NCBI RefSeq assembly: GCF_963921235.1
Contig: NC_086108.1
Location: forward strand, 76,572,001 to 76,636,000
Direction: 5' to 3'
Source: Mobula hypostoma
Taxonomy: Eukaryota
DNA length: 64,000 nt
The position numbers were made by a program, and so were the translations under genes. Under the pieces are notes generated by a model that was given only the letters and a program-made list of their open reading frames with translations, was not told the origin of the DNA and did not search any database. This document shows, piece after piece, positions 34,495-48,079 of the stretch. Numbering within the stretch: position 1 is the stretch's first letter; the number at the start of each line of letters is the position of its first letter.

Positions 34495-34770
34495 TTTATG
34501 TACTTATTTAGAAATACAGCGCAGAAAAGCTCCTTCCGGCCAATCAACCGCACTGCCCAGCCACCTGCCTATTTAACCCTAACCTAATCATGGGACATTT
34601 TACAATGATCAATTAACCTGCTACCCAGTTACCCAGTACACCTTTGGACTGCGGGAGGCAACCAGAGCATCCGAAGGGAACCCACATGCTCGAGGGAAGG
34701 TCAGACACATTTCTTACAGATAGTGTCGAAATTGAACTCTGAACTCTGATGCCTACTACGCTGCCTGGAC
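34495..34770 (-). mobile_element. V-SINE (HE1-like)
   Basis: Reverse complement contains the V-domain gtgggttcccttcggatgctctggttgcctcccgcagtccaaag and a CR1-type tail. Confidence 0.75.
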
Positions 34771-37481
34771 ACCTTTTATAGCATCTTCAATATACATATA
34801 TTACATTATTATAATCAAGCAGCTCACTTCTTTCATTCTAAGTTGATCAGTTCCAACAAAGAAACAGAATCCATCACATACAGTAAATTGTAAAATATCT
34901 CGGTATCACAAACTGATAACTAGGATTTTATTAAAATTCATTTTTGTACTTTTTAAACTTGTTTTCCTTTAATGGGTGTTCAGATAATTGCTTTATATTT
35001 TGCTGGTTATTTATTCAATCTCACAATTTGACTTCCTTTTAAATTATAAAATGACCTTGTTATTCAACATTACCGAGGAGGGAGAAATGAAATCTGTAAA
35101 ACTAAATGACCTAAGCAGTGACAAAGGGCCTTGGAGGGTTAAACTGTTCATATTTGTGTTTGGTGATTCATAGGAGTAATAAAACAAATCATATGTTGAC
35201 TGAAAATTCACCTTTGTTCAGTAGATTAGCGCACGGGAAATCACTAAGAAATGAATGGTTCTGGTTCCAAATAAATGCAGCTTTGTTAAGTGGATGGTTA
35301 GCTATGTACATTCTCTGAGATTGACAATTTGCTGAAATTAAAACTTAACCAAGCATGGTTGTGTTCTGTCTTTGAATAATTTAAAAATCAATTGTTTTCT
35401 TAAAAGTGTAGACTTGCAATGTTGATGTTGATTTAGCCAATCATTTAAAATCTTGACTTCATCAGGTACGTTTGTTTAAATTTATAATATATTAAGAACT
35501 ATTTTAAGATGTTTGGTCCAAGGTTCGTCAATCAGAAAAGCATTTTGGAATGAGATTTAAATAGACAAAATGCTGCTTTTTCAAGGAGCTGCATCAAGTT
35601 ACTTTGAATACACCCTCTGTAGTTGGAATTAATCTGCAGTGGCGTTCAAACCTTTGTCCCTAGCTGTAAGTCTGTGGTTTTATTAACTCTGTTTGGAGAG
35701 TGTCAAAAGAGTTTTAAAGACATTCCACTGAATTTAAATTAGCTTTAACACCACAAGTCATACAGTAGCAACATTACAATGCACTGTGAGTATAATATAG
35801 TAGATTGAGTTAACAACTTTAAATTTGAAGAAAACTTTCAACAAAGAAAGAAACAAACTTGAAGGTAAAGTTTAAAATTTGTCCATAGTTTCCTCTTTGA
35901 ATTGTTAATAGTAAATATGCTTAGTGTCCTAATTAATATGCTGAGCATTCAGTGCTACTAGTATGTCAAATAGAAGAAACCCCAAAAGTTTAGTACTTGA
36001 ATGCTAAGTACTGCATTTTCACAGGCAGTTACATTTGCATTGCTTTCAATACAATTAATACTTTTACATCTACAGGTATGGTTTTAACATGCTGCACTTT
36101 CAAAATAAGTTATTTACAGCTAGTTCTTAATGAAATCATTTTCAAATTGTTTTTTAGTTCCTTACATGTCACAAGGGGTTGCATGACCTCTTCCTTTGGT
36201 ATTTTAAACATGTATAATTCTATGCATTTTAATGAAGGTATGCATTAAATACCATGCTTTCTAATCCCTTGGCCCTTAGGTAATTAGTTTTCTTTAAATA
36301 TGCTCCAAAATTTAGTTATTAAATACTCACAAGTATTAAATTCATTTTGTTTCCTAATTACTTCCTTTTTTCATAAATGCATTGAAGTTCAGGCAAAGAA
36401 ATTATGTAAATTGTTTAAGGAATGCTTTGTTATTTTTTCTGCATAACTTAGTGTGTTACTTCACTTGGCCACTAATGATGATATTTAAGAGTGCATTATC
36501 TAAAAAGATTACTAATAAAGATATTTTTGGGAAGTTGTCCAGCTTACCAAAACGTTGAGCTTATATTTTAATTAACAGATCATCAGACTAAATATAAGAT
36601 GAATATATTTCACGATCATTATCAGCTCTGCCTTCTCCACATATAACGTTATTTTCCGATAAAACCTGCTTGAGAGAAATTATACAGACTGAGGTGATTA
36701 CAATTTTTTGTCCAAAAATCAAGCAGTACCTCCTTTTACACAAAATTCAGCACCATGCAATTGAAAATGTACTTACGTTAGAGCAAAATACAATAACAAT
36801 CATTTCCAGGTCATTTTGCATTACACTGGATAGTTGGTTGATTTGGTCTTCCTGATGTGTGTCGTGCTTGCTCACCCAATGGGATTTTGCATCAGGTGTT
36901 CATCATAGTCATATCATTCACCACGCTCTACTCCGGCTCCTGGTTGAGCATTGGAGGCTAAATTAAACCAAGATATCCTTCACGTGACCAACCCTTTACA
37001 GTACCACTCTTAACCCATGCTGATCAGTCTCTCTAATTCCTGATCAACAACAGGACCGTTAGATAATTCCGTATCTCCAAACTTTCAATTTTCCCTAACG
37101 GATCTCTCAATCTCGACTGCTTTCGGCCATTTATCTGACAATTGTTCTCAAAGCACCCACTGATCTCTTCTTTCCTGCCTCCAGTCACAAGCCCAAACTC
37201 TAATTTGCCTACAGGTGTTGTCACCCTTTCCTGGCATTAGTCCAAGGTGGCAGATTTTAGTTCCAAAAAAAATCATTAGATAGCAACTGAGGTCTTGGTG
37301 CTTCACTGTTAGACCATCTAGTACAATCACTATGATATATTGACATTTCTAGGGCCTCTCTGCTTTCGAGGAGAAGTGACCAAACCAAATATAAATTGTC
37401 ATTTGAAAACTTGGAGTAATAATTGTAAAAAAATCCTCGTGTAACATTTAACTAAAAACTTACAGTAAGTTATTTGACGAA

Positions 37482-37530
37482 CTTCCTTAGTTACAGCTCA
37501 ACCTTCCTTAGTTACAGCTCAACCTTCCTT
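37482..37530 (+). repeat. 21-bp tandem repeat, about 2.3 copies
   Basis: cttccttagttacagctcaac twice plus a partial unit. Confidence 0.9.
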
Positions 37531-40500
37531 TCAAGTCCACCATCTTTGGCATGCCTCTAAAAGGGCATTGAACGTTGAGGTGCCTTCAGTTGGCTTTGGG
37601 CTCGCAACATTTCCTACTGTTTATTGTAAGTGTGGAGACGATTAAAGAGGTTGAAGCAAGACAAGATGAAATATAATCCAAGATCTACAGTAGATTCAAA
37701 TTCCAGTGAGGTTGTTTGACATGAAAGCCTGTCACATTTGGATAAGTCATAATTTTTGTCAAATAGAACATTTAGGAGAGTCGTTTCTGTAGAAAAAGAA
37801 ATTGAATAATAAGTATACTTTGTATAAAATTAACTAATGTTCATTTTTGCTTGTTAGTTATGGACAGTGTTAGTTGGTTAATCTAAAGTATAATTACAGT
37901 TCTAGAGGGGATATAAATAAGATGCATGACTGGTCTGGAAGAATTATGAGAATAATGAATTAGGAGTTTTTCTTGAATTTGAGCCACAGTTGTATGTTAA
38001 AAATCACAAGCCTTTTGATAGCTGATATTTGGTTTGTAAATTGCAGAAGGATTCAAGAGTTAAAAGTGACATGTTGATCTGTGCTGTGAATCTGAGATGT
38101 TGGCTTATGAAGCCCAGCTCCCATCTCTTTGAAGACAGAGAGAAATCCTGAAGTTCTACTAATTTCTTGCTCATTTGACAGATTGCAGAGCAGTGAAATG
38201 CTGGGATGGACTCCCACCGAGACAACACAGCTATAACCAGAGGATAGTTTGTGTAGCAATTGTTTGAGCTGACCCTCAAAAGCTCCTGATCTGTAACCGT
38301 GAAATCTCTAATCTCATGGTGGCAGGAGGGAGGAGTAGAATTCATACATGCCCCCGACCAAAAAAAATTATTAGAATCATGGCTTATCTTGTCTAATCAT
38401 ATGCCTTCATCTGGAGCAGATATTTAGAGTATCATGGATTTATTCTTTGTTTAATTTTAGCCTATTCTGTGAACAGACTCAAAATTCAATACGTTAAGTA
38501 GATTAGAGTTTACTAAAAGCTTATGTTTATCTTTAAAGAAAAGTTTCAGATGAGAACATTGCCATTCAAAATATGTTCAATGTGCAAGCATGGAACAGAA
38601 ATTTAAAATGATCAGATTCAAGTCATTCAGAAACAAAATAATAAATAATTTATTTACATTTCTTTATGTTTGAATGCATTTTGATCATACACAAAGTAAC
38701 AGGTACTTCATAATTAGTTTAGTAATGAATCATTGGTTAAAGTAACTTTATAAGGTTGTAAAAATTATACAGGATTAATATTTTCATCCTAGAAACCTTG
38801 CAAATTCTGGTCATTTTATCTTTCACCGTCGTCAGCTGTTGGCATTGTATCTAAATATTAAAATCTTGTTGTCTATATATTTTTTTCTGTTGAACCATTT
38901 TACACAAAAGATCTCCCTCCTCTGTTGTGTGAACAACTGTTTGAATTGTTGGATATAAAAAGGAAAAGAAGAAAATAAAGCTGACTGCAGATGGTGTGGT
39001 GTATTTGATGGCCTTCATGCAATAAGGGGTGTTTTCCCTTCCCTTCCTCTATTATGCCGAAGTTTCTTGAGTGGGTGTGAACGTTCTCCCCTCTGTCTCA
39101 CTTTGTCTTTTTCTCCTCAATGCACACTTTCAAGCCTTTCCCCTTGTTAAATCCAGTGTGCAGTGCCGTGAATTAAAAATGAGTAGGGAGAGACGCTATA
39201 AAATAAACTCCCTGGAATTGTGGGTGGCCATCAATAACTGAGACAAAGCTAAACCTGAAAAAGCAAGATGCAGTGGGGAGAAAAAACACAATTTATAAGA
39301 AGGAAAAGGATATGCCTGAAATGCATTTTGTTTTTTAACTGGAATTTTCTTTCGAGGATGTTTCAATCTTGGTCAGGCATTAACATGCAATATGCCGTGG
39401 ATTGAGCATCAAAAGGTTTTTAAGCACAGAATTTCAGTGGGTGTTTTGTGTGTGTCTGCAGCATAAATAATGGTAACTTTATGGTTATTAGGTGCAAGTG
39501 AAGACACAGTGGCATACAAGCGAAGAACACCAGCTCGCCTTCAAAAGAAACAGCCTGGCATAAAATGTTCTGATAATTGCATTACTGTGGGGTTTAGTCT
39601 TTTTTTGTGTCTGATTTGTCCCTTAAGCCAGCGTAACGCTTCTGCTGCTGAAGGAGAATGTGAACTGCAAATCGTAGGCAGAGCGTGAATGACACTACAT
39701 GGTACACTGCTGCTTTCTTTTTTAAAAAATCTTTCTCTCCGATTCCTCAGCCACCGCCACTCAGCTTCAACTGCTTCCCTTTTTACTTCCCAATTCTTTC
39801 TTGCTATTCCCCCACATGCAAGTGTACACAAACATTAAATGTAAGAAGCTTTGCAAACTGAGTGTGTGTGATTCAGTGTCAAGTTGAACTTGCATATATT
39901 GCAGTTGGCAGCTATCTCAGCCTCATAACAAGGAGTGATTGCATCTCTCATGTGAAGAGGTTCCTTGCATGTGAAGTGTTGGTTTTGGGTCAGGTTAAGA
40001 GGGGCCACAACAACATGAGGATTTCAAGCCACACATCCATCTATAAAGTGACAAGTTGTTGCTTTTTATTCAATAAGGCTTTTCCCAAATCTTTTCGATC
40101 CAGAAAACAAGTATTTAAATTTTTGTAAAGTTTGTAATGTGGCAAATTATATATCGGAAGGTTGCTATTCGTAATAATTGTGAGACTGTTAGTATGAAAA
40201 TTTTTGTCTGTTAATAGGGCAGTGAAATTGATACTTTCTTCTAAGTATTGCTATTAATTTTAATTAGTTGGCTTCATGCTTCCCAAAATGATGAAAGGAA
40301 AAATAAAATATGATGAATGTTAAATATTAATTATTTTACTTAAGACAAAATATAAGAAATGCTGTACATTATTACTTAACAATTTGATTATTAAACTTTA
40401 TTCCCTTGTTTTCTTTTTCCCCCACAATTATTACTGCAGCTTTCAGGACGGTTCCAATCAATGCAGAATAGTGAAGATCCAAAATGAATCCAGAAAGTAT

Positions 40501-42852
40501 GAAACTATCTGATTTCAATATGGATAATTAAGAGGGTGGTTTTAATTTGATGGTCATATTTGGTTAGCATGGCATCTTCACCATTAGGCATCACAAATAG
40601 TGAATCGCCAATCTGTATGGTACCAGAATTCATCCAAGGAAACACAGCACAATATGAGTAGATGTTTTTAGACCTGAAGGGAAGAACAGATGAAAAAGCT
40701 GCATATATCAATATGAATATTTTTACTGTCAGTAGATCATGCCATCCTTGCAGAACATATATTTCACATTTTCTGTAACTAATTCAGATGCATACTTTTT
40801 ACTTATGTACAGGATGTATCACCACCAGCAGGGCTCCCGGTTATCGCCCATCCTTAATCACCCTTGAGGAGATTGTGTTGAGCTATCTTCTTGAATTATT
40901 CCATTTCTTACACTGAAGGAACTCCCACATTCTCAATGGGAGAATTGTTGATTTGAAAAGCAAAGGACACTGTAGTATTCTCAGTTGTTTGGAGCTTCAA
41001 AATTGGAAGGGCATTTTTGCATTTCATGAGACTGATTAAAACTCCTCAAGCATTTAGACACATTTCCCTTTTGCACTTCTTGTGACTCCTTGCTGGTACT
41101 TAACATCTACATCAGATTTGCTTTATCTTCAGCCACTGATTTCTGCAGGTTAACATGCTGACGTAAACTGTTACACAGACATTGCCCGCCACTCAACCAG
41201 CACCACCACAGAGATGCACGAGTAGTAATGTTTCATTCATTCCATTTAAATGTATTTCACGCCTCTATGATTTGCAAAATGTGGTGGATTACTTCCAGAT
41301 GCTAGCCAGATTCTGAGAGTACTGTTAATATTTTTACTGATTTATAAAAAAACTGAATAACCACAAACCATACTGATGCCACTAATGATAGAATATAAAT
41401 CCTTAAAAATTGCCCTTTCTTTATTTAAAACGTTATTCTTTATCAATTGGCCAGGCAGCATATCTCGCTCTATTCCTAACCCACTAATGTTATGCCCACT
41501 AAAATAATTTAGCAGTGAGAATAATAAATGATAAACACAAAGAAGATGTGGAATATTTGTGAGTGTGTTGGCTATGCTTTTCTGCTGTAATTAGTCTAGT
41601 TCATGAAGCAGGCCATCATTTTATTTTTTATTAAAATAGTTTTGGAAAAATAATGGGGCAAGGTATCACATTTATGTGTTAAAGGTCTATAATCAGAGTG
41701 GATTTAAGCTTATCAAGGCCGAGAGTGCCGAAATGCCACCAAAGTTTTCTGCCAAAGTGGCCATCACGCCTTGACAGTCATAATGTGGCCTGTCTTCTGA
41801 CCCTTAAATGCACTCAAAAGGATCAGGTTTTCTGTATTATCCAAGAGCTTGAAAAGGACCAAGTAAAATGGGGCTTTTGTTAATTCTCTCGCTTTCTCTC
41901 TTTTTTTTTAAAACATCTAGTGATGACTGCTGTTTTTTATTGGTACGGAGACAGTAGTGACTGACTGTTAGCAAGCCATCTGTGCCAGCATTTAGGTCAG
42001 TGCATGTAAAAACTACAGTGCTTGGAAAAGAAATCTTTTTAACCACCAAAATTCACTGCATTAACTCTTTTGTTAACTCACTGCATTTCGTGGGCAAAGT
42101 ACTAAATCTGAGCTTGTCAAAAGATGTTTTTAATTAATTTGCATTTGCTTATACTTTCAGTTTTGTTAATTGTTTCATTTCTCTGCCCTCTCATCTATTT
42201 TAATTGATCTTGCAGACAGTTCAGTACAAAATATGCTCTTCCAACAGGCAGTGCTGGATGATTTGGGAATGTTAAGTAACAATACTTGCCTTCATTGAAT
42301 AGCTTAAGGGATGGACAGACAATCTTACTTTCTGGTTTTTCTTTTGCTAAAACTGAATGTCTTGGCCTCAAAGTGCCAGTGTACCTTAAAAGGTACACCA
42401 TATGGTTATAGCAGCATCTCACCAGTGTACTTTTCTGTCTTGAGTCTACAAGAACTGATTTCAACCTCAGATGACCTGAATGGGCATTACATTTTCTCAC
42501 ATTCAAAAATTTATTGCCTTGGGAGTGTGAATTATATGCTGAGGATCAAAGCCTTTTATTCTAGGAATCACTTTGTAAAAAAAGCACGGTAGCCTCTCAG
42601 GCAAAATTATATCCTTCTGTTAGGATAGAGATCAAAACTGGATGTGGTGCCATGAATGTGATCACCCTAAAGTCCAATAATATTGCAACAAGATTACTAT
42701 ATTCTAGCATTTCAACTCCCTCAGGTCTAAAGATCAATATTTAACTTGTCTTCCTAGTTTCTTGATGTACCTGTACACATTCTGTGTTTCCTGGGGCTGG
42801 GCACCCGAATTACTCTGAGCACTGACATTTAAAGTTCCTCACCATTTAATAC

Positions 42853-43282
42853 AAACATAGAAAACCTACAGCACAATACAGGCCCTTCGGCCCACAAAGT
42901 TGTGCCGAACATGTCCCTACCTTAGAAATTATTAGACTTCCCTGTAACCCTCTAATTTTCTAAGCTCCATGTACCTATCCAAAAGTCTCTTAAAAGATCC
43001 TATCGTATCCGCCTCCACCACCGTTGCCGGCAGCCCATTCCACGCACTCACCACTCTCTGAGTAAAAAATTTACCCCTGACATCTCCTCTGTACCTACTC
43101 CCCAGCACCTTAAACCTGTGTCCTCTTGTGGCAACCATTTCAGCCCTGGGAGAAAGCCTCTGACTATGCACACGATCAATGCCTCTTATCATCTTATACA
43201 CCTCTATCAGGTCACCTCTCATCCTCCATCGCTCCAAGGAGAAAAGGCCGAGTTCACTCAACCTGTTTTCATAAGGCATGCT
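42853..43282 (-). mobile_element. Young CR1 3' end
   Basis: Open frame MPYENRLSELGLFSLERWRMRGDLIEVYKM...FFTQRVVSAWNGLP...; CR1 tail. Confidence 0.92.
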
Positions 43283-43812
43283 CTGTTTTATAAGGTGTTC
43301 TGTTCCTTTAGCTGTTGTTGTTCTTCTTTGGTTGTCCTTCGAAATCCGATGACGACGTCCACTCCTTTAACAGTGAGATCTTTGATGACTATACAGTCCT
43401 ATCCTGGACCTACAAGCTCTATTGCAGGTGGGACATGTATTTGTGGTAGTGGTGGCAACCATGGCTGCACTTCTCCTGGCTCTTTTCTGCTGTCTTCTGG
43501 TTGTTCTTTCCATCTCCAGAATATGAACCCCGTCCCTGCACAGCTGTCGTCAAGTGGTATGGTCAGCAGCAACATCCTCTAGGTCCTCGGGTCTAATCTT
43601 ACTCTTCCTTAAAGCATTCTTCATCTGATCCTTATAGCGCTTCTTTGGCCCTCCATCTGAGCATCGACCATGATGTAGCTGGCCGTATAACACTCTGCCG
43701 GCTAGCTGAAATGAGGGCATCCCTGTCACATGCCCCAGCCACTACAGCTGGCGCTGGGTGATCATGGCCTCAATACTTCTTCAGTTGGTCTTTACAAGTA
43801 TTTCAGTGTGTT
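43283..43812 (-). mobile_element. RTE-clade LINE 3' fragment
   Basis: Minus reads SIEAMITQRQL*WLGHVTGMP...VLYGQLHHGRCSDGGPKKRYKDQMK, the RTE/BovB-type C-terminus. Confidence 0.8.
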
Positions 43813-44699
43813 TCACAGTTCTTACAAACAAAATGACTAACCACATTGTGTATCTGCAAACTTGAATGCATTAACGATTTACTAGAAAAGGTGACATGCA
43901 ATAAAGTTTGTGAATATCCACTACCAGCATTGACCCTTCTCACACCCTGCTCATGACCATCTGGCAAACTGAGAATGACCACATTTCTCTCTTCTGTTTT
44001 CTGTCCCTTAAACAAAACCCTACCAACACTCATGTGTATTTTCTTAGTCCTGCAACTTCATAAATTGCATAAATAGCTTCGCATGTGGCACTTCATTAAA
44101 TGTCTTTCGTAAATCTTGATCTACTAGATTCATGCTGTAATCTCCTCAGAAAACATTACTTTGTCAAACTGAGTTATCTCTTCAGAGAACCACGTTGACT
44201 CTGTCTAATCAAATTATGATTTACTAAGTGGGTTGATTCCACTTCTTTAACAATGGTTAATTGATTCCCTATTTTCTTTTCCTCTCTTTTATGGATTAGC
44301 GGTGCTGCATTTATTACCTTTAAATATGCAGGCTGGATCGGAATCTGATGAATTCTGGAACATTAGTAATAATATGTCCAGTCTCTCTGCAACCACCTTT
44401 TTTAAAATCCTGGGGTGTGGACCACAAGGTCCAATGGAATTGCTGACTTCTCTACAATTTTTTGACTAACATTTATTCCCTTAATTGCCTGATTCTTGGC
44501 TTACTGGTTATTCAATATTACTGTAATGTTACTTGTCTTTGTGAAAATATGCAAATATTTACAAACACTTTGTATTTAAAGTCTCAGTCATTTTCTTATT
44601 TCCCTTTAACATTTCTCCTCTCTCAAATGCCATGTTTGTTCTGTTTTCACTATCTTAAAACCTGTTTTCTTTTGGAAGCTTACTTTTATATTTCCTTAT

Positions 44700-47090
44700 A
44701 AAAGAACCACAATGGTCCTTATTGTGAAGATACCTCAACATAGGCAGTTCCAGGATTTAGGCCCAAGCATAATGATGTAATGACATTATGTGTCTAATTT
44801 GGGATGATTTTGGACTAGGGTTGTGGAACCTGTAGGTGTTGGTATTGATATGCGCCTGCTGCCTTGTCTCTTTGATTCTAGAAGTTATTGTTTTGGAAGG
44901 TGATGTGTGGTAAACCAAGGCAAATAGTTACAGTGTATTTTGTATATGTAAATACTGACACCATCAGCACACCATCTACCACTGTATCACTTTCTCCATT
45001 TCTGGATGTCAGAAGTGGAGAAAGTGACACGGTGGTAGATGGTGTGCTGATCAAGTGGGCTGCTTTGTCCTGGATGGTGTTGACTTTCTTGAGTACTGTT
45101 GAAACTTCATGAATTGGGCTGTTGATTTCTGCCTTTTGGAAGGTGGAAAAGCTTTGGGATATCAGGAGATGCAGCATTCCCAGAATCTCACCTGCCCTTG
45201 CAGACACTCATGTCCATTTGAAGTTCTGGGCAAAGGTCAATCCACTGGATATTCATGCTCATGCTATTAAATATCACAACTAGGTGATTAAAGATGGTCA
45301 TTACCTGACAGTTTATTGGCACAAATACTATTTTCGCTTGTCTGTCCATGCCTAAATGTTGTCTGGGTCTTTCAGCAAATCTGATTGGGCTGCTTACTTT
45401 GTTGTGAAATTGTGAGTGGAATTTAACATTGTGTAAACATCAGGAAAACATCCCTGTTTCTTGTGATAAAGGGAAGGTCACTGATGAAGCAGCTGAGATG
45501 GCTGGGCTCAGAAGGCTATCCTGACAAACCTTTGCAGTGATGTTCTGGAACTTGGATGACTGAACTTCAAAAACCCCAACCAGATAACTTGGTGCAAGGC
45601 AGGACTCTGAACATTAGAGTCTTTCCTTCTTCATGTCCATTGACATCCATTTTACTTGTGTTTCTTAATGCCACATTCAGTCTAATGGTCTCTTGATGTC
45701 AAGGGCGGTTACTCTCACCTCACGTTCTAAGGCTTTATTGATTATTATTGATGAGAAATTGCTTCTTGACCACCATTTATTCCAACATTACCATCAACAA
45801 CAAAGAAAAAGCTTGACACCGTCCGGGACAAAGGAGTCTTATTGATTGGTATCCCCATCTGCTCTCCTTAATATTCATTCCCTCCCCTATTGGTACATAG
45901 CAGTTGCAGAATGTGTATCTCCAAAATGCACTTTGCTATTTATTTCAAAGCCTATGACTTCTAAAACGAGGGCTTCAGGCATGTAGGACCACCATAACCT
46001 GCATATTCCCCTCTAAGTCACACACCACCCTGACTGAGAAATATATTGATGCTCCATGATCATTACTGGATCCAAATCCTGCAACCTCATATCCAACGCA
46101 ATTGAAAGTGTACTGCAGCACTTCAGAAAGATGGCTAGGCACCACTGTCTCAGTGATATTTATGGACAGGCAATAAATGCAATGCTCCGGTCCCAGTGAA
46201 TGGAAACAGATTAATTAGAAAATGTGCAGTCAGTTTAAAGTTCTTATTGTGGGCACAATATTTCTGGTAATCATCCACACTCTAGGCTGGTTGCCATTGC
46301 TGTATCTCTGTTGGAATAGTTTGGCTGGAGGCATGAATAGTTTTCAAATTTAAGTCTTCGTTGCTAAAACCTGGATATTGCTTGGTGCTGTTCATATGCT
46401 CATCCGCCTCTTTGGTTTGCATAGAGTGAATACTAAGCTCTTTAGTGGTAGGAATCCAAGATAAGCAATTCGTCTGACATATCTGGTTGACTGTGTCATG
46501 ATTGCTTCAGTGTTGCCTTTGGGCCTCACATGCTGGGTCCTGCCATTATTGAGGACAGAGATGTTCTTGGCATGCCCTGTTCCCATTAACTGCTTAATTG
46601 TTCATCATCATTTGTGACCGGGGCTGCTGCGGTTTGATCTGGTTGGTTGTTGAAGGATTGCCTAGCTCAACATATTGTGCACTGTTTTTGTTGTTGAGCA
46701 CACAAGTGACCTTCTTTTGCAGCTTTGACAAGTTGAATCCTTGTTAAGTATCCCTGCTGCTGCTCTCAGCATATCTTTCTGCACTCTAGTTGAATCTCAG
46801 CAGAGTGAGGGATGTGCTGGGCCATGAGGAAACGGAGTATGGTGATATATGTTTCTGCTGTGATGGCTAAAGATCTTAGCACTTGACAGTTGCCAGGATT
46901 TGAGCTTCCAGATCATTTCTGGGTCTCTCCCACTTGGCACAGTGATAAAGCCACATAGCAAGATGCCAAGTGTCCTTAATGTGAGGAAGTGACTTTATCT
47001 CAAGAACAATTGTGTAGTGACCTCCCCTGCCAATGCTATCATTGACAGGTGCACCTGCAACAAGTGCAGTAGTGAGGACAAGGTCAAAGT
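44700..47090. mobile_element. Rearranged decayed LINE fragments (L2/CR1-related), both orientations
   Basis: IQDKAAHLISTPS-like segments on - (~45040-45080) and + (~45815-45870); family and boundaries uncertain. Confidence 0.5.
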
Positions 47091-47410
47091 TGGTACCGTA
47101 GTGGTTGGTGAAACACCTTATTGCACCAGTTGTAAAATCTGGTTTCAATTCCTGTTGCTGTCTGTAAGAAATTTGTACGTTCTTCCCGTGACCATGTGGG
47201 TTTCCTCTGGGTGCTTCAGTTTCCTCCCACATTCCAAAGTGGTACAGTTAGGTTTATTGAGTTGTGGGCATGCTTGGATGCTGCCGGAAGCATGGCGACA
47301 CTTCCAGGCTGCCGAGCACAATCCTCATTGACTGGATTTGATGCAAATGACCATTTCACTATATGTTTCACATATTTTGTAGATATTACAAATAGAGCTG
47401 ATCTTTAAAG
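47090..47410 (+). mobile_element. V-SINE
   Basis: tRNA-like head remnant then gtgggtttcctctgggtgcttcagtttcctcccacattccaaag V-domain. Confidence 0.75.
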
Positions 47411-48079
47411 ATCATCCTATGTATGATGAGATTATTTACTTTTCACTTCTTTCTTGAGGTGGTGACTAAGTTGTGAACATTGTGTCACAGTTGATCATCA
47501 GTTTCTTGCCCACATTGCTATTTTTCATGTACAGGCTATTCAACCATATGATGTGTTACAGCTGAGCCTCATTCTCAGTCAGTAACCACTTCCCAGCTGT
47601 AATGGAATACCCCAGCCTAGATTACTAACTGCTTTTCATGAAACCCCATGCTCCTCTCAAGTACAGTTTAGTTAACTTACCTTTGATCAATAATCAAAAC
47701 TGAAACATTCTTTTAGTATTGTACTGGATCATGCCATTAACCCTTAGGCCACTGGAGGAGAATCTTATAAAAATTTCCAAGGATTATTTGTCCATGCTTG
47801 AAGCAAATTCTGAGAGTCAGCACAAGGTGCTAACATATGACATAGTAGATTGCAGATATGGATAGTTTTAATCTGCATCCTATGTCATGTTTCTAGACGA
47901 CAATATTATAGTGATTGAAACCTTAGTCATTCAGTTAAGAGGTTCATACATAAGCAAAGTTGGTGCAGTTTATGAACATAAATCAAACTATTGAAATTGA
48001 ATTACGGACTCCTTATATTCACTTATTGTTACATATAACATTAAATGCATATGGTATATGTTTAAGAGTGACTAACCTA

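Larger units (their letters stand above)
42590..44450 (-). mobile_element. Old CR1 remnants hosting nested younger insertions
   Basis: Decayed CR1 RT sequence at ~42590-42850 and ~43880-44450 flanks the two elements below. Confidence 0.55.

Noticed and set aside
36940..37350. Possible ancient SINE remnant
   Set aside because: Too decayed to assign without an HMM search.
37482..37530. CRISPR-like array
   Set aside because: Adjacent units without spacers, eukaryotic context, no cas genes.
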